DNA from: a virus
DNA: 64,000 nucleotides
Direction: 5' to 3' (one strand)
IMG/VR virus record: IMGVR_UViG_3300006921_004083
Coordinates: 32,001 to 96,000 of that record
Below, one piece after another: positions 59,656-64,000 of this stretch (within the stretch, counting starts at the first letter, position 1; the number at the start of each line of letters is the position of its first letter). A program made the position numbers and the translations under genes. Under the pieces are notes generated by a model, which saw only the letters and a list, made by a program, of their open reading frames with translations, did no database searches and had not been told where the DNA came from.

Positions 59656-61909
59656 ATGTAGATATAAAACATTATTAAGAAACTCGGCAAAATTAAAGAG
59701 TAATTCTCAGTATACTAATCAAAATACTAGTTACTTACCTTTAGATGTTTATACTTGCTATGACTATTTCCAACCACCATCATTTACAATGAGTGGGGCG
59801 ACTAAAATTAACCCTTATGGTGTATATGACTATAATGGAAGTCCTTACACAACACAAGGAATGTCCCATATTGGCTTAGGACCTAGTGGATCAACACAAA
59901 ACTCCGTATGGAATACGAGTCAATCGGGAGTAACATTAGAATATTACTTTCCTTATGAAAAAATGAGTGGTTATACCGGTAAGTTTAGGAGTTCGGTTTA
60001 TAAATTTGATGATGAAAAAAATGGATTTAGTTACCCTCCTATCCACGAAAGATATTTTAAGTCATTTCCTCTTACACCTGATTTGACTTGTGAGGCTCAA
60101 ACTACCGCAACAACTTTTAGTGTGTTTTTTAGTATATCGGCCACTTCTGAAGGGTCAACACTTCCATCAGGTACCCATAAACAGTCTTGGTATTGGTTTG
60201 GACAAGATACTACTCGTTCAGATGGAGCTGGGGGTCATCTTGAGCCGATATGGCCCGGATTTTATACGGCCTACACCCTAACCAACTTTTTCAATAGTGT
60301 ATATATTTCAACAGGTGGTACAATAGGAGGTGCAGGGACTACAGGAACAACATATGAATATACTAGAGTATATAAACAAGCAGTTAAAAACGGATGGATA
60401 ATCCCAACAGGAAATACAAATGTAACCAATGCTGGGGTTACAGGTAACGCCGGATATTGGCAGAATGGGGAGTGTTATATGACAGGAATAACCTGGAATA
60501 TGGCAATCGGTGCAGGAAATAACGGACCAACAGGACAATTAAATTTATCAGGGGCTCCCCAGTTAATTAGTTCTAGTGGTGGACCATATAGTGGTTTGTA
60601 CACTGGTTTTGCTACTGGAAATGCCTATGTATATACCGCATGTTGCTCCAGTAAACTAATAGATAGTATTAGTAGTTCAGAACTTAACACATCAAGAGGA
60701 GAAGGCCAACCAGAGGCAAGTAATAATTATTTAGTGAAAGGTTCTTTTGTGTATTCAGGGGATGGTGGAACAGAAGCTTGTTATTTAACATCGGGAAACA
60801 CATATGATACTTTAATAGATGACCCTAATAACAAAAATTTTGAAGGAGTTAAAGATAATTTTTATCATTATAATTTATATTATCCTGAAAAAGATTTTAG
60901 TTTTATCGCAGTTTCTGACCCACCTAGACCAGTGATAAAATATGACCGTAATCTCCTTAATATTGAATCTAGTGAGGTTAGTGTAACGTCAGGGTCAACA
61001 ACAGACATAGAATTTGTTGTAGAAAATTTACCAGTAACGAGTGAGGGACAATCGGTGTTTTATTTAAGTGAAGACCCAATTGGAGATATTACACTAAGTG
61101 TTAATGGGGTTGTATTAAAAAATAATTTTGAGTTTATACAAGATAAAAGAGAAGTAGAAATAAAAGTTATAGTAAAAGGAGGTAGTACAATTGATATTGA
61201 AACCAGTGATACTTTAGTTGCTGCGTATGTTAAAGGAAACGGAGTAAAGGGATTAATTACAGAGGGTGATACAGTACCTAGTACCGGAGTTGTAACTGGG
61301 GCAACAACATTTTCCAGTGCCAACCAACTCTATAATAAGTTTAATTATAATTCAGGTACCACAACATTTGAGTATTATACGAATCAACCGTTAAATGAGG
61401 CTAAAGAGAATGATTTGTCTAATTTAATTGTCTTAGTTAACGGAGTGAGACAAAAACCTAATAATGATTATTATCGTTCAAGAAGAAATAATAGATTAGT
61501 TATATTTAACCCGAATATTACTTTGGTTGCCGGAGATTCAGTTAATTTATTTTATCTAACAAATTTACAAGGTATTGAGAATCAAAGTCTAGGTAGTACC
61601 CACAAACAAATAACTTGGGAAGTTGCGCCACAACCACAATCTAACCAAGGGTTTTTTGAAGTACAAGTGACAAATAGTGCAGACACTACTTTCGTTGCAG
61701 CTTCAACATATAGTACAATAAAATATAAAGAAGGGATAGGTACCTATACAACCAGTATTGGACCGTTCAATACTCTAAATCAAAAGTATTTATATAGGGT
61801 AGTTAATAATCGTAATTATATTGGGATAAGCGGATCTAGTATTACGACCACAGCAACTAGTATAACTAATAAGTTCGATACGGATAGTCCGTACTTATTA
61901 AGTTACTAG
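59648..61909 (+). CDS. Virion structural protein (tail fibre/baseplate-associated), rich in [S/T]GxT motifs
   Basis: LSVNGVVL and VLVNGVRQKPNNDY beta-modules typical of phage tail proteins; 12 [S/T]GxT motifs by manual count. Confidence 0.6.
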   Translation: MDRCRYKTLLRNSAKLKSNSQYTNQNTSYLPLDVYTCYDYFQPPSFTMSGATKINPYGVYDYNGSPYTTQGMSHIGLGPSGSTQNSVWNTSQSGVTLEYYFPYEKMSGYTGKFRSSVYKFDDEKNGFSYPPIHERYFKSFPLTPDLTCEAQTTATTFSVFFSISATSEGSTLPSGTHKQSWYWFGQDTTRSDGAGGHLEPIWPGFYTAYTLTNFFNSVYISTGGTIGGAGTTGTTYEYTRVYKQAVKNGWIIPTGNTNVTNAGVTGNAGYWQNGECYMTGITWNMAIGAGNNGPTGQLNLSGAPQLISSSGGPYSGLYTGFATGNAYVYTACCSSKLIDSISSSELNTSRGEGQPEASNNYLVKGSFVYSGDGGTEACYLTSGNTYDTLIDDPNNKNFEGVKDNFYHYNLYYPEKDFSFIAVSDPPRPVIKYDRNLLNIESSEVSVTSGSTTDIEFVVENLPVTSEGQSVFYLSEDPIGDITLSVNGVVLKNNFEFIQDKREVEIKVIVKGGSTIDIETSDTLVAAYVKGNGVKGLITEGDTVPSTGVVTGATTFSSANQLYNKFNYNSGTTTFEYYTNQPLNEAKENDLSNLIVLVNGVRQKPNNDYYRSRRNNRLVIFNPNITLVAGDSVNLFYLTNLQGIENQSLGSTHKQITWEVAPQPQSNQGFFEVQVTNSADTTFVAASTYSTIKYKEGIGTYTTSIGPFNTLNQKYLYRVVNNRNYIGISGSSITTTATSITNKFDTDSPYLLSY

Positions 61910-61972
61910 AAATATTGTAAGTTAATATTTATAATAAAATGAAAGATAATATATTAAAGAAAATAAATTAAA

Positions 61973-64000
61973 ATGGGATATATACAAAAAGATAATGTTG
62001 CATATGTAAGTGCAAAACTAACAGATTACGGTAGAAGACAATTAGCCATAGGACAATTAAATTTTTCTTACTGGGGTTTTGGTGATTCAGAAATAGACTA
62101 CGGTAGCTTTGATAATACATATTCTTGGTCTGATGTTGTTGATTTAGGCAACTTGGAAATTTTAAGACCAGCCGATAACCCAGCAGGTATTAAATACCCA
62201 CTACTCAGAATCGCCGGTAATAGTGGTAGTACTTACAGTGCCGTAAACAATGTAGCTCTTAATGAAACAGTTATTAATAATCAAGCATTACTAAGAGGGT
62301 TTTTTACTGGGGAAACAAAAGATGCTACAAATTATCCAGAACGTAAGTATGATTATTCACTTAGGACAGCTACTACGTACACAAAAGCGGTAGGAAAACT
62401 TAACCTAGCTAATATTGTGAGGGCTGGTAGTAATCTTACTCAAAATCCAGTACCTGGAAGTACAGGAATAGACATCAATAAGGGACAAACTGGAGATATC
62501 ACAGATGTAAGTGTAAACGGGGTAGAGCCAGAGGCAGGAGATTTTATGTTGTTACTACCGAACGAGTTTTATGGAGCGGCAGGAGAAGCGGAAGGTGTTA
62601 TGGATCCAGGACCAGGTCCAGGTTATGTAGACCAAAGAAACCCACAAGCATATTTGTGGTATAGAATACAGGAGGTAACAGGTACATTAGCCGGTAATAA
62701 CCTAAAAGTTACAGTAGATAGGTCAATACCTAATTTTACGGGAGGTACTACACATCAATACAGAGACTCTAGTGTATTTTTCTATGATGGGAGTGACCCA
62801 ATCAACACATATTATGGAACAGGAACTACTATACCTTATTGGAATGAATTAAGTTTAACTTTTGATAGTAATTGTGATGTTTCAGTAACAGATGTGAAAG
62901 TTTGGAATATGAACATTCCGTGGACACAGACGGTCGCGGGAATAAGTGCAACAACTCATGGAGACTATGCTACCTATGGGTCAACAGGTTACACTGGTAC
63001 AAAAGAATATCTTAATTACACAGTGCCAACAGATTCAGAATCATACGGAGGGATAGTTGATGATTACAGACAAAAATCTATAGCTGTTATACACTATAGT
63101 AACAATTCAATTTCTAATTTCTATGGAGAAGGGTTCTACTGGGATGCTGACGGAAGTAACAACTTCCAGTTAACAATGCCGACAGTAATGTATCACTATA
63201 CTGGTAATACAAGTATTGGGTTATTATTAACAGGAGAGACTAGAACAACTCCTCGTAAAATGACATCCGTATATAATTCTAATAGTGAGATAGAATACTA
63301 TCAATTACATACTTCAGGTGGTACTAGTGGGATCGACACACCATCTTATACTGAACCAACAAGTGTTGGTAAAATCTTCCCGGAATTAAAAATGGCTGTT
63401 ATTGACGATGAAGAAATTGTTGCTTCACTATCCTATAAATCAAATAGGAATTGGACATTACCACAACTACAAGCTAGTTACTACAGTCCTTCAGGTTCAA
63501 CTTCATTAATGTCATCAGGGGACCAGTTATGGATTTCGTACTTGTTCACAACAACTAGTGGATACACAACTGGATTACACTGTAACAAATACACGTTCTT
63601 ATCAGAAAACTCAACCAATTGTACAGATTGTGACGGTAATGGTAAAAACGTAAAAGTTAAGTTCCCTTACGGAAGTTTACCTTTTATGAGACGAGGAGGA
63701 ATTAGTTCAACTTTAGGTACACCTGGACCTAACGACGAATATGAGTATATAGGGTGGGACGCTACGTCATTTGATATATTAGTACAAAAAGTACAAAATA
63801 ATACACAACCAGACCCAGCTGCTTGGAGAAGAATACCAGTGGCGGTCAATTCAGTAGGAACATCAATCTATAATACACACAATGGTAAAAATTGGGTTGA
63901 CTATGAAATACTATATAACTCAGAATTTATAATAACCAATGAATATTATGACGCAGTAACAGGAAATTATGCACCTGATGGAGGTAACTATAGTTTATGT
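61973..64000 (+). CDS. Virion structural protein, 3'-truncated, not in the ORF track
   Basis: Manually translated; open for 676 codons to the window end: MGYIQKDNVAYVSAKLTDYGRRQLAIGQLNFSYWGFGDSEIDY...GKIFPELKMAVIDDEEIVASLSYKSNRNWTLP; TATTTATA at 61926. Confidence 0.8.
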   Translation, partial: MGYIQKDNVAYVSAKLTDYGRRQLAIGQLNFSYWGFGDSEIDYGSFDNTYSWSDVVDLGNLEILRPADNPAGIKYPLLRIAGNSGSTYSAVNNVALNETVINNQALLRGFFTGETKDATNYPERKYDYSLRTATTYTKAVGKLNLANIVRAGSNLTQNPVPGSTGIDINKGQTGDITDVSVNGVEPEAGDFMLLLPNEFYGAAGEAEGVMDPGPGPGYVDQRNPQAYLWYRIQEVTGTLAGNNLKVTVDRSIPNFTGGTTHQYRDSSVFFYDGSDPINTYYGTGTTIPYWNELSLTFDSNCDVSVTDVKVWNMNIPWTQTVAGISATTHGDYATYGSTGYTGTKEYLNYTVPTDSESYGGIVDDYRQKSIAVIHYSNNSISNFYGEGFYWDADGSNNFQLTMPTVMYHYTGNTSIGLLLTGETRTTPRKMTSVYNSNSEIEYYQLHTSGGTSGIDTPSYTEPTSVGKIFPELKMAVIDDEEIVASLSYKSNRNWTLPQLQASYYSPSGSTSLMSSGDQLWISYLFTTTSGYTTGLHCNKYTFLSENSTNCTDCDGNGKNVKVKFPYGSLPFMRRGGISSTLGTPGPNDEYEYIGWDATSFDILVQKVQNNTQPDPAAWRRIPVAVNSVGTSIYNTHNGKNWVDYEILYNSEFIITNEYYDAVTGNYAPDGGNYSLC

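Noticed and set aside
61897-61926. Imperfect inverted repeat after the 59648-61909 gene as a terminator
   Set aside because: AT-rich mismatched stem with a long loop; too weak to call
935-63849. The many short minus-strand and alternate-frame ORFs in the ORF track
   Set aside because: They lie within long, motif-bearing plus-strand genes, have shadow-ORF composition and no recognisable motifs; only 9481-9720 (as a frameshift extension) was kept
1-64000. Genome-wide stop-codon reassignment
   Set aside because: Code 11 gives dense full-length genes; TAG at 31388 and 47575 is immediately followed by TAA, so it acts as a stop
1-64000. tRNA, rRNA or mobile elements
   Set aside because: Intergenic gaps are short and AT-rich; no cloverleaf, transposase, integrase or homing endonuclease recognised by eye

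Overview
This is a 64 kb, AT-rich, gene-dense segment of a large (jumbo/huge-type) contractile-tailed dsDNA phage with T4-superfamily-like modules; almost all genes are on the + strand. Gene order: tail completion protein (5'-truncated), a small antisense RHH-like regulator missed by the ORF track, two tandem tail-sheath paralogs, a HAD-like protein, tail tube, tail assembly chaperone pair with a probable programmed frameshift, tape measure, tube initiator, LysM/gp53-like protein and a 2611-aa baseplate hub ending in a GH18-like domain. An embedded replication block follows (gp32-like SSB, RecA/UvsX, 5'-3' exonuclease, DnaB-like helicase, class II RNR, two small Cys proteins). After it come gp25/gp6-like wedge genes and very large Cys-rich baseplate/receptor-type proteins with GCTD repeats, a dockerin-like duplication and CBM-like motifs, then a 3'-truncated structural gene also missed by the ORF track. 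Most notable: a [S/T]-G-x-T tetrapeptide enriched in selected virion proteins (candidate modification/glycosylation sequon), a +1/-2 frameshift site with an upstream GNRA hairpin, a possible two-subunit sheath, a recurring TATTTAT(A) promoter-like motif, and an RHH/operator switch in front of the tail operon. All product calls come from motif recognition and synteny; no database searches were run.
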